A DNA stretch of 64,000 nucleotides. Source: Tubulanus polymorphus. Taxonomy: Eukaryota; Animalia; Nemertea. A program made the position numbers and the translations under genes. Location of the stretch: NCBI RefSeq assembly GCF_964204645.1, contig NC_134027.1, forward strand, positions 124,001 through 188,000. Reading direction: 5' to 3'. Of the stretch, positions 24,755 through 37,176 are shown piece by piece (positions within the stretch are counted from its first letter, which is position 1; each line of letters starts with the position of its first letter). The notes beneath the pieces were generated by a model, which had not been told where the DNA came from, did no database searches, and saw only the letters and a list, made by a program, of their open reading frames with translations.

Positions 24755-27691
24755 TTAATAATGAGAAAGTAAATGGTTTTTTGTTCGATTTTTGAAACTT
24801 TCAATAGAAGGGGAGTTTTTAATTGAATCATTCATAATATTCCAAATATTTGGACCGTTGACTTTTATTGAGAAACCTTTTAGATTTGATTTGAATGAGT
24901 CAGGGCGGATGTTGTTGCTGTTTCTAGTGTTGTATCCAACGTCATTCGTCTTAAAAAAATTATTGAACATCTCAGGTAACTTGTTATTGACATATAGATA
25001 CATGAATTGTCCAATTTGAAAATTGTTTATATCTGCCAATTTAAGAATTTTTGCAGACTTAAATAATGGTGAGGTATGGGCTCTAAAATCGGTTTTAAAG
25101 ATAATGCGGACCGCTTTCTTCTGGAGAAGTTCCAGCTTTCTTAAGTTTGAAGGATAAGTATTACCCCATACAATATTACAATAGGTGAGATGGCAATAAA
25201 TGAAAGAATAATACAACTGCAGTAAAGTTGTTTTTGACAAAATTCCATAAAGTCTACCCATTATACCGATGAACCGTGATAGTTTAGTACAGATGCTATT
25301 AATGTGTGACTTCCAAGTAAGCTGGTCGTCAACTTGAACGCCTAGAAATTTTGTTGTCGAGACTTGTGATATAGACATATTGTTGATTTTGATAGAAATT
25401 GAGTGTTTATGTTTAGCACGACTGAAAAACATGAAATGAGTCTTTTTCAAATTCAATGAAAGCCTATTTGCCCGAAACCAGATATTCAGTTTGTGTAGTT
25501 CTGTATTTACTATTATAGTTAACTCATTAATATTGATATGAGAAGTGAATACATTAGCATCATCAGCAAACATGATAAGATTAAAAATGCTTGATGCGTT
25601 TGCAAGGTCATTTATATATAATAAGAAAAGGATCGGCCCCAAAATAGATCCTTGAGGCACTCCACAGAATACAGGATAGCTAGTGCTAGTAGTCTCTTTA
25701 AAAAGAACAGTCTGAAAACGGTTTGAAAGATAGTTTCTAAACCAGAGTAATGGCGTACCTCTGATGCCATAATGGCAAAGTTTAGACAATAGAATTTCAT
25801 GATTCACTGTATCAAATGCACGCGAAAGGTCTAAAAATATTCCTATAGTTGATTTGCCATTGTCTAAGTTATTGATAATTTTATCTATGATAACAGTAAT
25901 AGCCATGTTGGTGGAATGGTCTTTTCTAAATCCAAATTGACATGGAGATAGTATTTTATACTTGTCCAAAAAACTTATAACTCTTTTGTAAACTACTTTT
26001 TCTAAGATCTTGGAAATACATGGGAGTATTGATATTGGTCTGTAGTTTGAAAAATGTGAAACATCTCCAGATTTGAACAAAGGTAATATCTTAGATATTT
26101 TGAAGGATTCAGGTACTTGTCCATTAATCAAACTTAGATTTAAAATATGAGCTAACGGCCGAGATATAGCGTCAATTACTCTCTTAAGGATCTTTTGATT
26201 GATACCATCATGACCAGTGTTATTACTATTTTTAAATTTTGAAACAATATTTTCAATTTCCAAAGAATCTGTGGGAGAGAAAAAGATATTATTTTGTTGT
26301 GGCGGACCCAGAAAAGAAAAAAATGTTTTGTTAGTAGGTAAAATATCATTGGCTAGATTTGGACCCGCTTGTGCAAAACACTTATTAAATTCATTGGCTA
26401 TACTAACATTATTTTTGTACATAACACCATTCTGTTCAAAAACATCAGGATATTTAGAATTTGATGATTTTCTATTAATTAGGTCATTAATTATTTTCCA
26501 GGTTTCCTTGGGATCTCTCGCATTGTTTAACATAGAGTTATAGTGAAGCGTTTTAGCCTTTTTGATACAAGTATTAAAAACGTTTCTATATCTATTGTAG
26601 ATATCTCTATCAGTTTGAAGTTTACTAGACAGGTATCTTCTATAAAGAGAATCCTTCTTTTTCAAAGAAATCAATAAACCGTTAGAAAACCATCCGTGTT
26701 TCTTGTCCCTATATATCGAAAACTTTCTATTGATTATAGGGAAACATTCCGTGTAGTATTTATAGAATACATCATAAAAAGAGTTATAGGCAACATTAGC
26801 ATCATGAATATTAAACACATGAGTCCAATCATGTGCAATTAGCTTTCGTTTAAATCGAGCGATATCATGATCTGACATTTTTCGATAACTAACTGTCCTA
26901 GTTGATGTATGGTTGACTTTGATTTCCGGCATAATTGCAAAAATTGGAAAGTGGTCAGATATATCATAGATCAGAATCCCTGAAATTGCATCGAAACTAG
27001 AATAACAGTTTGAATATATATTGTCAATAAGAGTAGAAGATCTGTCGGTTACTCGTGTTGACTTATCTATTAAATTCGTAAAACCAGTTGAAAGCATATT
27101 AAAAATAAAATCTCCAGTCGGTTTATGAGAGTCGGCGTTGAAAAGATTTATATTGAAATCGCCCAAAATGAAGCACTTACGCCCTGTTCTAGTTAAGTTT
27201 TCTAAGAGTGGTAGAAAATCAGTATTAAAGTTATTGACACTTGCATCAGGCGGTCGATAGATTGTGCCAACAATATGTTTTGACATATTATGTGGTAATT
27301 GGATTTCTATAAATAAACTTTCGAATGTGTCATTTACACATGTAAAATCATCCAGTATCCTAAATTTAATGGTGTTGTGGACAAACATCGCTATTCCACC
27401 ACCACGCGTATCCTGTCTACTTATGAAAATCGACTCATAATCAGGCAAATTATACATTGACTTGTTGTCATGTTGAAGTTTAGTCCACGTTTCAGTAAAA
27501 GCTAAGATCCCAAAATTGAAACAGAGGGAGTGTAAATATAATTGCAAATTCTCAAAATTCTTATTAAAACTCCTTATATTTAGATGAAACAAGGAGAAGT
27601 TTGATAATCCAAACTTTGATAATTGCATTAAATCCTTATAATATTTACTACTTGAACCTACGATAAACTCAGGATGTGCATGACTGGCCAT
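24755..27691 (-). CDS. LINE ORF2: apurinic-like endonuclease + reverse transcriptase
   Basis: 978 aa, uninterrupted. APE motifs HLNIRS, ETW, GGG, IYRPP, GDFN, IDNIY, SDH; RT motifs YRPIS, QFGFR, DLSRAFD, GVPQGSILGP, FADD, KFLGV. Confidence 0.97.
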   Translation of the reverse strand: MASHAHPEFIVGSSSKYYKDLMQLSKFGLSNFSLFHLNIRSFNKNFENLQLYLHSLCFNFGILAFTETWTKLQHDNKSMYNLPDYESIFISRQDTRGGGIAMFVHNTIKFRILDDFTCVNDTFESLFIEIQLPHNMSKHIVGTIYRPPDASVNNFNTDFLPLLENLTRTGRKCFILGDFNINLFNADSHKPTGDFIFNMLSTGFTNLIDKSTRVTDRSSTLIDNIYSNCYSSFDAISGILIYDISDHFPIFAIMPEIKVNHTSTRTVSYRKMSDHDIARFKRKLIAHDWTHVFNIHDANVAYNSFYDVFYKYYTECFPIINRKFSIYRDKKHGWFSNGLLISLKKKDSLYRRYLSSKLQTDRDIYNRYRNVFNTCIKKAKTLHYNSMLNNARDPKETWKIINDLINRKSSNSKYPDVFEQNGVMYKNNVSIANEFNKCFAQAGPNLANDILPTNKTFFSFLGPPQQNNIFFSPTDSLEIENIVSKFKNSNNTGHDGINQKILKRVIDAISRPLAHILNLSLINGQVPESFKISKILPLFKSGDVSHFSNYRPISILPCISKILEKVVYKRVISFLDKYKILSPCQFGFRKDHSTNMAITVIIDKIINNLDNGKSTIGIFLDLSRAFDTVNHEILLSKLCHYGIRGTPLLWFRNYLSNRFQTVLFKETTSTSYPVFCGVPQGSILGPILFLLYINDLANASSIFNLIMFADDANVFTSHININELTIIVNTELHKLNIWFRANRLSLNLKKTHFMFFSRAKHKHSISIKINNMSISQVSTTKFLGVQVDDQLTWKSHINSICTKLSRFIGIMGRLYGILSKTTLLQLYYSFIYCHLTYCNIVWGNTYPSNLRKLELLQKKAVRIIFKTDFRAHTSPLFKSAKILKLADINNFQIGQFMYLYVNNKLPEMFNNFFKTNDVGYNTRNSNNIRPDSFKSNLKGFSIKVNGPNIWNIMNDSIKNSPSIESFKNRTKNHLLSHY

Positions 27692-27982
27692 CTGCTAGTG
27701 GAATTGAAGCGTGATAGTAATACTTCGACGGCACTCACCGTTACATAATAAATTTCGCTCATTATGAACATAGTACGCATATGTATACACAAAAAAATCA
27801 ATGAAAGCAAAGAAAAATTGACGATGTAGAAAATATGTGATCACAGCACATACTATTAGCAATAAACCATACCGAGTAACTAAAGCCATGAGCATATGAA
27901 AGGATTAGCTCCTCCTAAATAATTTTAAGATGCTAAATAATAATTGTTATCAAGGAATTATGATTTGACAGGATTAATCAAA

Positions 27983-28930
27983 CTAGGATACACGATTCAA
28001 TATCTCATCAAAATCTGCATAGCCACTAAGATGGTGCTTCATGTTGTTAATGATGGCCATAATTTTACCGTCATTCGACCATGATGCTGAAACCGCTTGA
28101 TGTTTGTTCAGGTACTTCAGGAATTGAGCTCTGCCGCGGGTTAAATCCTCAGAGATACTAGTTTTGGATCCTTTTAATTTTCTACGCTGCTTGATAACTA
28201 GCTCTTTGTCGGTATGACGCACAAATTTGACGATCATTTGTCTCGGAACACGCGGGTCTCTAGATGGTTTTCCTATTCGATGCGCTCGGTCGATGCCACA
28301 CGGATTGATATCAATGTTCAGGGAGTCTTTGAAAAATTTCGTACATTTTTCAAGCGGATTTTCGTCTGGAAGTTCGTTGAGTCCAAAAATACGGATAGAG
28401 TTTCTTCTAGTGTACATCTCTAATTCTTCGTAGTACGCATCAATTGCCGAGAGTCTGTAATCGACGTCTGAAAGTGACTTATCTATTGCACGACATTTTG
28501 TTGTTAATTCGTCGATTGAGTTTTTACAGGATTCGATCATGGTGTCGACACTACGTTTAAGTTCATCCTGTTTTTTATTCATATCAAATAAAAATGCGTC
28601 GAATTTGTCGAATTTATCATTTATGATAGTTTTCGTTTCCCGCTTGAACGTTGTAAGAATTGAATCGACAATTGTTTGTATAATCTTTTGCACATGCGGG
28701 CTACTTAGAGCTTCTGAGATTCTAACTTCAAATAGCTCGTCACCAATGGATTTATCGGAACTTGAAAATACGTCATCATTGTCGAATTCATCGATGGTGG
28801 GCGGTTTCGACCTCTTGGGAGTTCTCGCATTTGATGAGGTTGATGATGTTGAGTCGCCGGAACTGCTAGTTTCTGCTTTTTTCCGTTTGCTTTTATTGGT
28901 GGTTTTACTGTTTTTATTAACTCCAGCCAT
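27983..28930 (-). CDS. LINE ORF1 (coiled-coil + L1-type RRM + CTD, Transposase_22-like)
   Basis: 315 aa; basic/Ser-rich N-terminus, heptad region, LEMYTRRNSIRIFGL, IDRAHRIG, PRQMIVKF, ISEDLT, WSNDGKI motifs typical of CR1/L2-group ORF1. Confidence 0.93.
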   Translation of the reverse strand: MAGVNKNSKTTNKSKRKKAETSSSGDSTSSTSSNARTPKRSKPPTIDEFDNDDVFSSSDKSIGDELFEVRISEALSSPHVQKIIQTIVDSILTTFKRETKTIINDKFDKFDAFLFDMNKKQDELKRSVDTMIESCKNSIDELTTKCRAIDKSLSDVDYRLSAIDAYYEELEMYTRRNSIRIFGLNELPDENPLEKCTKFFKDSLNIDINPCGIDRAHRIGKPSRDPRVPRQMIVKFVRHTDKELVIKQRRKLKGSKTSISEDLTRGRAQFLKYLNKHQAVSASWSNDGKIMAIINNMKHHLSGYADFDEILNRVS

Positions 28931-29294
28931 TATGGGAAGAACGTTGAATGATTAAACAAAAAGTAATGATCGTTCGACTCCACTACGGTCGTGGCACTTC
29001 AATAGAAATCCTTCATGCGTGAGTGAATATACGGCGATTTCTTGTCACTACGTCATCGCGCGAGCATTTTCTACCTGGTTTATTAAGTAACGATATCGAA
29101 ATAACCAAAAACAGTCATTATATGGTGTTCAAAGTGGAAACAAACTCACGAGAGATCCACAACAGAAAAACATAACGTATACCATTAATCCATGTAATTT
29201 TCACGCGTATAGAATAAGTAAAAAATCCAGTAAACGAGCCTAGAAGGAGGAGCGAAATAAAACCGGTCTCACTCTAACGTCGACGCCATATTGC

Positions 29295-29397
29295 TATTTT
29301 AAACCCATTGATTCATAAACGACACGAATGGATAAAATGCACCAATAAAGCTCGTACCAGAAAAACAGAAAACAAATTTCTAATGTGGAATGGATAA
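29295..29397 (+). pseudogene. Displaced original 3' end of GPCR copy 1
   Basis: TATTTTAAACCCATTGATTCATAAACGACA-CGAATGGATAAAATGCACCAATAAAGCTCGTACCA aligns with the 3' end of copy 2 (to 53065), with a 7-nt deletion. Confidence 0.88.
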
Positions 29398-31917
29398 AAT
29401 GCTTCTCGCGTCACTTTTATACTGACTACACTGTTAGACCCGAGTACAACATGGCGGAGAAAGGGAGAGGGGAGAGACAACTCAAACACCTCACGACTAA
29501 AAACCTCAACTAAGAGACAATGAAAACACGATTCACATATAAAAAGAACTCGGTCAAAATCGATTTGATGCAGAGAAGATTTCAAGTGTTTTCCTGAAAT
29601 ATCCTCGCCGGATTAAGTGGGATTAACCACGAGGTGTTAAAATGCTGTCTGTTTAACCTATGAATTGATGGATTAGACCCGTGATAATCCCCTGAGACAG
29701 ATTAACAAATGACAGTAAAATTTCTGACGAATTTATTTCTGAAAAAGCGACGAATTTTCGCACAAAGAATAATTTATCCTAGGAATTATAATACGTTATA
29801 ATCCGAGGGTAATAAAGTTTTTTTAATTTCAGAATTGAGATGAAGTTTAAGGAGTTCATTCAGCATTAGATTATTCTTATTTCTTTACGGCCTCAATTCT
29901 ACCGACAAAAGGTGATAAAACGAAAGAAAGATGATTGATACAGTCCACACGGAGCCACCTAACAGACGCACAGCTCAAATTACTACGATTAAGATATTCT
30001 CGGAGCCACCCTTAATCATAGAAAACGATGAAATGAACGAATATTTCTCGTAGAAATACAAATTTCAAACTCTTTTCGCCCGCAACCTTTTATCGAATCG
30101 TCGTTTAAAACGACTAAATACCGAATAATGATAAATCAAAAGGCAGTAAAAAAGCGATTTGTTTACGGCGGATTTTATGAGATTTTCAAACGCAGTCGTC
30201 ACCGTCATACACATACTGCTAATGCGCCTTGATTCAGGCAGCTACAAGAAATTAAGAATTATGATGATTTGGTGCGGCGCGCAGTAGAGGTGATAGTCCC
30301 CGCCAATAAATGATGACTTATTGAGCCCCGACAAAACAACTTGTTATTGCCGAAAATTACCGACGATTTCCGGAAAAAACTGCATCAAGTGCTCATCACG
30401 GGTGACATTAAAGATGGTGCTAAGTGGCCATTGTGAGAGGCGCAGAGGATATCATTAATATACGTATCAAATAATGCGTGCGGAACTGGAGGGTAATATA
30501 TGATAGAAAGGGTCGTTAGAGGAGAAGTGATCGACTGAGTAAGAGCAGTAGCAGCGGAAATATTCCCTTCAATTAGACGTCTCTCTCCCTCACTCTCGCC
30601 GGCACAGGCAGCACCGCGCTCGGTTTATTGCAATTTGTCGCCTTTTTATCCTTGAAAAATCGGTTTGCGGGAAAATGAAACCCGAAGTCAGGCTGATCAT
30701 CGAAATGAATTCGGTTCTGGGAGGGAGAGAGAGGATGAGAGAGAGAGAGAGGGGGAGCCAGGGCATAATCTGTTTTATTACTTATTGGATTTAAACACTT
30801 AGAAACTAAAGAGATCGTGAAAAAACTATTCACGCCCACAAAGGTTCCTTCAATCTATTTTCTGAACTTGCAAAAATGGGATGAAAGTAAAAACCAGAAT
30901 TGAGAGATGAAATATTCCTTCCAACTTATATAGATTCCGCTCACTTTTCTATACACATTTTTGTGACTGAATGATAAAAACTGTTTGGTCAATTCGCGCA
31001 TCAGAATTGGAGTGATGAGAGTTCCAAACAGCAGCAGCGGCGGCAATTATTTAGAACTAAAAATCTATGTTCAGGGCGACGGAAAATTAAAGATCAAAGC
31101 AGTAGCGCGCCGCGATTCCAGAGCACCTATCACCTATCAGAATTACTTTTCAGTTTTTAACGCCGGCTCCACGAGCACTTTTATTGACATAACAAAAACC
31201 CATCAACAAGATTAAAACTAAGTGAGCTTCTAGTACTGCTGCTGGTGCTGGTGCTGCTGCTGGTGCTGGTGCTGCTTGGATTTAGATTTATAATTGTCGA
31301 TGGAATAATAAACGAGGTGCTAAACGATAGACGATAGAAAATCAAAGAATAACTAAAACTCCTTTAGAAAAATGAGAGAGAGATTGAATGAATGCGTTAA
31401 TAGACGCGCACTCGGGATGAGCCTCTCACGAGGAGGAAGACAGGACGAAATCTATATCATGTTGAGATAAGTGAAACAAATGAAATATTTTTGACTAAAT
31501 GCCGCGTGAAAATGGGGGATGATGACAGCGGAGAATAAAGGATGCTGCCCGTAAAAATCGATCGGAATAACACAAAATGGCGACAAACGATAGCAGCAGG
31601 CCTAGACACAGCCGTTTAGACCTCATGGTGATCTCAAATCCAGGTCTTAACTTGTTAGGTTGACCAAGAAGGTCTAAGATGGTCGCCATCACTGTGCACC
31701 TTGCTCCACAGTTGCTTCTTTTGTTTCTAGACTGATTATAAATTGTTATAGAGGCTGCTGTTAAACTAAGACAGTCTTAGACTGGTCTCAAACCTAGACT
31801 GACCCCTGGAACCAATTTTACATCAACTGCAGTAAAAATCAGTTCATAACTTAAATTCTATCTATGTCCTTCGATCACAACTGTGGATATCGGTGGTGAA
31901 TGTTTCTTCTGGCTGAC

Positions 31918-31992
31918 GGTCGTAGCGGATGGCCGATTGGTTCAGTGCGTTAAACCAATAACCACGAGGCTGCGAGTTCAAGTCTTACGATC
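31918..31992 (+). mobile_element. tRNA-derived SINE head / tRNA pseudogene
   Basis: Box A-like TGGCCGATTGG (31930) and box B-like GAGTTCAAGTC (31974) at tRNA spacing; no intact cloverleaf. Confidence 0.45.
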
Positions 31993-34900
31993 AAACTATT
32001 AGCACATTTTATATTCATTTTTCGTTGAATTCATGAAATATCATAATCAAATATCTGAAATATCAAAATCAAATATCTGTGATTTTTTTTAACTTCGAAT
32101 TTTGTTGATAATAGTTTATGTTGTCTCTACAATTTTCGACTTTAAACCGGAAGTCATTTATTTCATTTTTGTTTCAAGCCACTGAAACTTGCAGGACATT
32201 TTTCAAAATGAACAAAAACGTTTGTCGTTTGCAACCGACACCGCGATTCTGAGATTTAGATTCGAATTTAAAAACAACGACCATAAAAGCCCAACATTTC
32301 TCATGTTTCGCTTCGATCGTGCCACAAAACTCAATCAGAAGCGAAACGGTGACAACAGCAGCAGCAGCAGCAGCAGCGACCAGCGCGGGATGAGATATCT
32401 CTATTCACCTGACAAACTAGAATTTATAAGAACTCGCCGGAAAATTACTCAGTAGAAGCGACACACAATAGAAACCGGTGCAGTGATTACCCTGCATCTC
32501 TTAATCAGCATCAGCTCCTCCTCGAGACTGAGATCGCCTGAAAAAATCTGCCCCGTCTTTCATTAATCAACCGTCCGTATATCATCTTAAACACTATCGT
32601 GACACTTTTATTATCGAGAAGCATATAATTTCACTCTGTAATTAGTCAATGTACCTTCGACAATTTTTAATGTTCTCACATTCTCTCGCATTTTCTCGCG
32701 CGACTAATGATCTCTCCGCGAGAAACTAATGATCGAAATTTTGTGCGAGTGATAAAATTTGTCCTTGATTGGCGCAGAGTTAATCTGGTTAAAAACAGTT
32801 TTCATTCTACATCTCGCCCTCCCTCTCTCCTCTCTCTGCTCTCTCCTCTTTTCTCTCTCTCTCTCTCTCCTCTCACTCCTCTCTCTCCTCTCCCCGTTCC
32901 TCTCTTCTCTCTCTTCCACTCTCTCTCCCTCTCTGACCTCTCTCTACCTCCTCTCCTATCTCCAGCCTACTCTCCAATCTCCAGTCTCTCCCATCTCTCC
33001 CAACCTCTCTCTCCTCTCAGACTGAGAGAGATAGAGAGAGAGAAAGAGGGAGAGAGATGAGCGAAAATCAAATTCTATCCGGTGACAAGAAAATGAAGAT
33101 TTTTCCTCATCGCGCGACACCGAAACGACGAACGAGTCTGGATATTATAACGTCGACAACATCGATGTTGATTACGCTTTAGCTGGAGATACTAAGTTCA
33201 TTAATTGCGAACGCAGAACTAACTCGCTAAAATAAGACAGTGTCTGTAATTCAATAACGACCTGCTCATTTTCTGGGCTTCCATGATGAAGAAACTCAGA
33301 ACCGAATTTATCATCGACAATCTGTGAATGCCATACTGATAAGCCAACCCTCGCTATAAATAAGATAAAGGACTTATTGCACAAATTGAAGCCAGTTACA
33401 AGAAGAAGTCGCGATTACCCAGGCCCTGTTCACTCGGCGGACAATTCAATCATTGCGCATAAGTGTTTTTCCTCTGACCAAAAAAGTCTCATCATCTCTC
33501 GTCCTTTCTCGTTTTTTCTTGAGTTTGCTGTCGAGAGTGGTTTATTTGAATTTCGTTGAATCTTTTGTCATTTAGAAAAAAACTCTGACTCAAGGATTAA
33601 GAACATTTTCGACCACGAATTCAGGCTTCAGTCTCATAGCTACCAGTTAGAATTATATGCCTAAAATTCAAAATTGCAGATTTTCCGAATGTTTTCACTC
33701 GACCAATCGAATTCTTACATTCGGACGGATTCGTCTTAAAGTATGTTAAAATATGAATACATTTTCTTTGAGAATAAAACTTATTGAAGGTCTTGATTAT
33801 TTTCTGAGGTTCTCGGGACGCTTCGCTTTAATAAAGGATGTATTTTATGAAAGTTAGTGACCACACTATCCGGGGGTTGCACCTTCCTGATTCATCGACA
33901 GGTCAATGATGACCAAAGTGACGCTAGGCATCGATTATGAAGAAGCCACTGATTCTCTATCAGAGGTCAACGAGGTAGAAACCTCTATAATAGAGGTATA
34001 TGATTTTATCGAATGATTTTTTTACGTTGTGTCAATAGTTGTGAATGATGCAGGGTGGAGTATTATCAGTCTATTATCTATAGCAAGGTCTCGAGTAGAG
34101 CGATGAAAAACTATTCATTTAGAGAAAGAGAGAAAGAGAGAGATGAGATCATAGTCACAACGGCTCAGTCACCACCACGACTCATTAATATTCAACAGTG
34201 TACAAGCCATCATTTTACCAGAGCGTTGATTTATATTAGGCAAATGTAAATTTTGATATATTCAGTATTGACTGCTGCTCTCTAGCGCTGCTGCCGCTGC
34301 TGCTGCCGCTGCTGATGCTGATGCTGGTCGTCGTAATGTAACCGAACGTCTTTGTATTAAACTTGGCGACGATACTGTGTATGGTATGAATAATACATAT
34401 GACAACCGTAACGTCTTTGACCAGCAGCAGCAGTAGGGGGGGGGGGGGTACGGAAAAAACCAACAACCACAGCACCAACAGCAGCTACCGTCTATAAATT
34501 ATTCAATAAAATCCATCAGAAAATAAGGCAATCACTTTCAACAACTCGGTATATTTCACTTAGAAGGAGAAGAATAGATGATGCTTTGTGGTGATTTGAA
34601 GAAAGCATTTGATGCTCAATACGTGCCGTATATTTCAGATTTACAATTTACATTTATCATTCCCGTAACGATTCATTAGTAAACGACAGCGCCTTGTCAT
34701 CGCCTGATTATAAACACGGCACATCACTTTATCGAAAGCCTTTCTGAGATCAAAACATTATTTCTATTCTTTTTTTTTAGAAAGTTCGCGTTATCAAATG
34801 CTTTTTGTGTTCGAAAATATATTTTCGGGGTCATTAGTAATTGAACCCATAGAACTACAAGGTCTTAACAGTTGATCACTTTATCAAATGCCTTTATCGA

Positions 34901-35885
34901 CAAAGATCAATTTTCATGATTCCATAAAGCTACGTGAAACAATTCAACAACAAAAATACACTTTATCAAAAGCGTTTTGACGATCAAAATCTATTAGCAA
35001 CTAATCGATATTTCTTCTCGCGATATTATTTTTTCTCGATATCTCACGAGCAAAACGTCACAGAAAAGGAAAATACATGAAATGCGTCTCGGATATATCT
35101 GATAATCGCGATCTGATATTTCGGATATCTCCAATTCTGCTCTTGTATTTTATCTTTTCAAAGACACGCGAACCATTGCTATAAAAACATGACTGATTTC
35201 GCTATGAAAACATGACTGATTTTTCATTGATATCATTTTCATAGTTTCAGCGGCAGCGGCAGCAGCAGCAGCAGCGATGTGATGAGATATCATTGATAGT
35301 TTGATATCTCGGCGGCGAGCCGATGAGCGAGAGCGCCACTTTGATATATCAGATGAATTATGTTATTATTGGCTGATTCAATCAGCCACTTGTCATATTA
35401 CAGGCTGCATTATTACCGCAATCCATGTTTAACTGAGTCTTCACTCACTCCAATTCACACGTTATTTACTCGGTCTAAATATTGATAAATCTAATATCTC
35501 AATCAGCGAGTGACATCGACTGAGAGACGCAGTTGATGATGCGGAAATAGATGATATTATTAGCAGGCGGTTTGTTATAAAATGAAATCGACTGGATGAA
35601 AAATGAGTAACAACGCGCGCGCGCCGTCAGCAGCTACAGCGCCAGGAGAGGTCGAGTCACGCAATACAAATAACTGTCGGGGGTTTGATTATGAAAATCA
35701 CGAAGAGAAAAATCATATGCAATTCAGGGAGAGGGAACGAACGATCAGGGGTTGGAGTACCTGAGAATATAAAGGTACCAGGGCCTGTCTGAGGGTACAG
35801 AGGACAGTAAAAGATCAAACCTATCAAGCCTTGACTGCACCTGGATGGTGACGCCTTGACTGCACCTATGGATGTATAGACGTCA

Positions 35886-36002
35886 GGGCCAGCTGCTCAA
35901 AAGTTGACCAGTGGATGGTTGACAAAGTGATAATTCGAATTTCATTGTTACTATGGAATTTATCTGCTGGTTATCGTTAACCAACTTTTGAGTAGCTGGC
36001 CC
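35886..36002. mobile_element. Short MITE (PIF/Harbinger-like termini)
   Basis: Inverted termini GGGCCAGCTGCTCAAAAGTTG / CAACTTTTGAGTAGCTGGCCC (1 mismatch). Confidence 0.75.
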
Positions 36003-36702
36003 CTGGACTGAGACGCTTAGCCTGGGCCTGGGCTGTGTGCTTGGACGCGTTGACGCTTAGACTGCCCCTGGACTGTGCGCATGGAAGTGGAGACGCTTGG
36101 ACTGGGCCTGGACTGCGCGTTGACGCCGGCAAACACTCGAGTGCAGTAACTGCTGCAGTTTGAGTAGAACCAAAGAAGAATAACATCATTAATGTTATAA
36201 CAGGAGCAGCAAATAGAGGATGTTTTCTATAATTTGAGAGAACTTCAGTCGGTCGTAGCTATTGGAACTACTCGGGCTATTGGTACTTGAGAAAATGAAT
36301 CAGAAAATACTTCAGCCCGATCAGACGAGAGTAGCTTCGTCGCGAAACACACCGGGGCAAAAAAAATTACCATCACAAAAACGAGATGAACCTCTGATAA
36401 CAAGTCAAATGATATATTCTTACTCTTACTTTGAATAGATAAATGAATCATCATGTTAGCGATGACCCCGGCTGCTACTGGATTCTTTTCTCGGTAAGTG
36501 AGAAATCAATGATCGTATTATTGAGTTTTGAGTCGCTAGAAAATGGATTGAATTCAAGCGTCTTCAAGATATTGTTCAAACTTAGAGGTCAGGGTATTTT
36601 ACAGCTGTAAGTTCTGAATTATATCCAGATACAGAGCAGCTAAGTCTTCAGTCCAAATCGGTCTCAAATCGTTGAAGACTGGCCGTGAAGTTAGATTGAC
36701 TA

Positions 36703-36868
36703 GAACTAAAATGAGCCTGAGACTGGTCTTAAGTTGTTAGATTGGTTATAGAACCAAAATGAGTTTAGACTGGTCTTAAACTGTTTGATAGGTTATATAA
36801 CCAAAATGAGTTTAGACTGGTCTTAAGTTGTTAGATTGGCTATATAACCAAAATGAGGTTAGACTGGT
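36703..36868. repeat. ~47-bp tandem repeat, ~3.5 copies
   Basis: Unit AACCAAAATGAGTTTAGACTGGTCTTAAGTTGTTAGATTGGTTATA(G/T). Confidence 0.85.
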
Positions 36869-37176
36869 GTTATCTGAAGCTGTGTACTTGGCTCCTGATT
36901 CCAAGCTCTTAACCAAGGCAAGAAACTGCCACGATTTACAATTCGATAGTAAGTATATATACATGATTAATTCAGAAACAATCGAATCTTCAGGGACTAG
37001 AATAACATCTATAAACTGGTCATGATATAATTAACAGTTGATTAAAACAGTTTTTCTTCGCTCGATACTGAATGTAATAAACCTTAATGATTCATGAACG
37101 AACCTGGAAATCAATACAAGACCAAACCTGATTCATCTTTAAACAAATAACATATCGAATCTAGGAATACTAGCAC

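Larger units (their letters stand above)
24289..29294 (-). mobile_element. Full-length non-LTR retrotransposon (CR1/L2 group, Crack-like), ~5.0 kb
   Basis: ORF1 plus APE-RT ORF2; 3' end ...GGAAATAAATAAATG; 5' end GCAATATGGCGTCG; flanked by TATTT at 24284-24288 and 29295-29299; interrupted GPCR sequence resumes at 29295. Confidence 0.95.
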
